Source: Acidimicrobiales bacterium
Lineage (GTDB): Bacteria; Actinomycetota; Acidimicrobiia; Acidimicrobiales; CATQHL01
Direction: 5' to 3'
Assembly: GCA_963664235.1 (NCBI GenBank)
Contig: OY760933.1
Span: forward strand, 2,395,419-2,459,418
Length of the DNA: 64,000 bases
Position 1 is the stretch's first letter. Each line of letters starts with the position of its first letter. Shown here piece after piece: positions 63,272 to 64,000 of this stretch. The position numbers and the translations under genes are program-made. The notes below the pieces were generated by a model. It was given only the letters and a program-made list of their open reading frames with translations, made no database searches and was not told where the DNA came from.

Positions 63272-64000
63272 TCAGGAGTTGGGTCCGGCGGTCGTCTCGG
63301 CCTGTTCGGTCGTCCACAGGCGGTTGAGTGGTAGCGCGAGTAGGCGGTCTCCGAGTCGGTAGGCGCGTTCGCCGGTGTGTAGCACGACGCCGCAGACGAA
63401 GTCGTCGGGTGCTTTCCTCCGGAGCCATTCGAGGTGTCGGGCGTCTCGCCGGTCCACGTGTGGGGCGGATTTCACCTCCACTGCCACGAAGCGGCCGTCG
63501 GCGGCTTCGGCGATTATGTCGATCTCCGGACCGCCCCGCTGTCGCAGGTGACCGAGGCGCACTTCCCCGTCGAGCCAGGAGGCTTGGCGGTTCAGTTCGT
63601 TGGCGACGAAGGACTCCAGGAGTTGTCCCCGGGCCGGATCGGTTGGCCGCATCAGCGATTCGGGATTCTTGCCGAGGAGGTGGGCGGCGAGGCCGCTGTC
63701 GGTGATGTGAACCTTCGGGCGGCGTGCGACCTTGCTGGAGAGGTTGCGTGACCACGCCGGCAGCAGCAGAACCAGGTAGGTCATTTCCAGGTATCCCAGG
63801 TACGCCTCGGTGGTGTTGCGACTTCCGAGGTCGGCGGCCTGGTGCAGGTTCGACACGGCCAGCTCGCCGGCGGTGCGGGCCGCCAGCAGGGCCAGCAGCT
63901 TCGGCAGTTCCCGGACTCGGCGCGCGCCGGACAGGTCCTTGATGTCGCGCTGTGTGACGGTGCGGACGTAGTCGCGGAACCACATCCGCCGAGCCCGTGG
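63272..64000 (-). CDS. DUF4143-type AAA ATPase, C-terminal part (5' end beyond the window)
   Basis: YVRTVTQRDIKDL..LLALLAARTAGELAVSNL..KVHITDSGLAAHLLG..GPEIDIIAE. The frame stays open to the window edge. Confidence 0.65.
   Translation of the reverse strand, partial: PRARRMWFRDYVRTVTQRDIKDLSGARRVRELPKLLALLAARTAGELAVSNLHQAADLGSRNTTEAYLGYLEMTYLVLLLPAWSRNLSSKVARRPKVHITDSGLAAHLLGKNPESLMRPTDPARGQLLESFVANELNRQASWLDGEVRLGHLRQRGGPEIDIIAEAADGRFVAVEVKSAPHVDRRDARHLEWLRRKAPDDFVCGVVLHTGERAYRLGDRLLALPLNRLWTTEQAETTAGPNS

Overview
High-GC, actinobacterial-type chromosome segment. GC was not computed. Every call comes from reading the ORF translations and the DNA for motifs; no database search was possible. 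The window has three parts. (1) Positions 1-16290 are a decayed mosaic genomic island lying 3' of the tmRNA gene ssrA. It carries a P4-type tyrosine integrase, two AlpA-like excisionase-type genes and three nucleotidyltransferase/HTH toxin-antitoxin-like pairs. It also holds a lower-GC four-gene cassette (HTH-DUF433/PIN-like pair, retropepsin-like protease, small protein) and remnants of IS110, IS256, IS3, IS30 and IS1595 elements. The best candidate for an uncharacterised defence system is here: a translationally coupled ABC-type ATPase plus mini-Toprim operon that is PARIS/OLD-like but compact. (2) Positions 16.3-35 kb are housekeeping: ssrA, a hipBA module wedged before smpB, mec-cysM, a secreted 5'-nucleotidase, rph (apparent frameshift)-rdgB, a histidine kinase, tRNA-Leu, clpP, a DUF222/HNH gene, rpe, pcm, thpR and an ATP-grasp/alpha-E/transglutaminase triad. 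This part is peppered with tandem repeats whose periods are multiples of three (15, 30, 36, 39, 51 and 51 bp). Several of them re-copy the 3' end of a gene together with its stop codon, which is MIRU-like behaviour. (3) Positions 35-64 kb hold an orphan PD-(D/E)xK-motif gene in a low-GC islet, then a nine-gene amidohydrolase-rich operon of unknown substrate. That operon is divergent from a taurine/sulfonate dissimilation cluster with an aminotransferase, an internally duplicated binding protein, an ABC transporter, pta, TetR, a SoeABC-like sulfite dehydrogenase with fused FeS/NrfD subunits, and xsc. The cluster is followed by Tm-1-like and FrhB-like genes. Many long ORFs in the track are antisense or out-of-frame shadows typical of high-GC DNA and were rejected.
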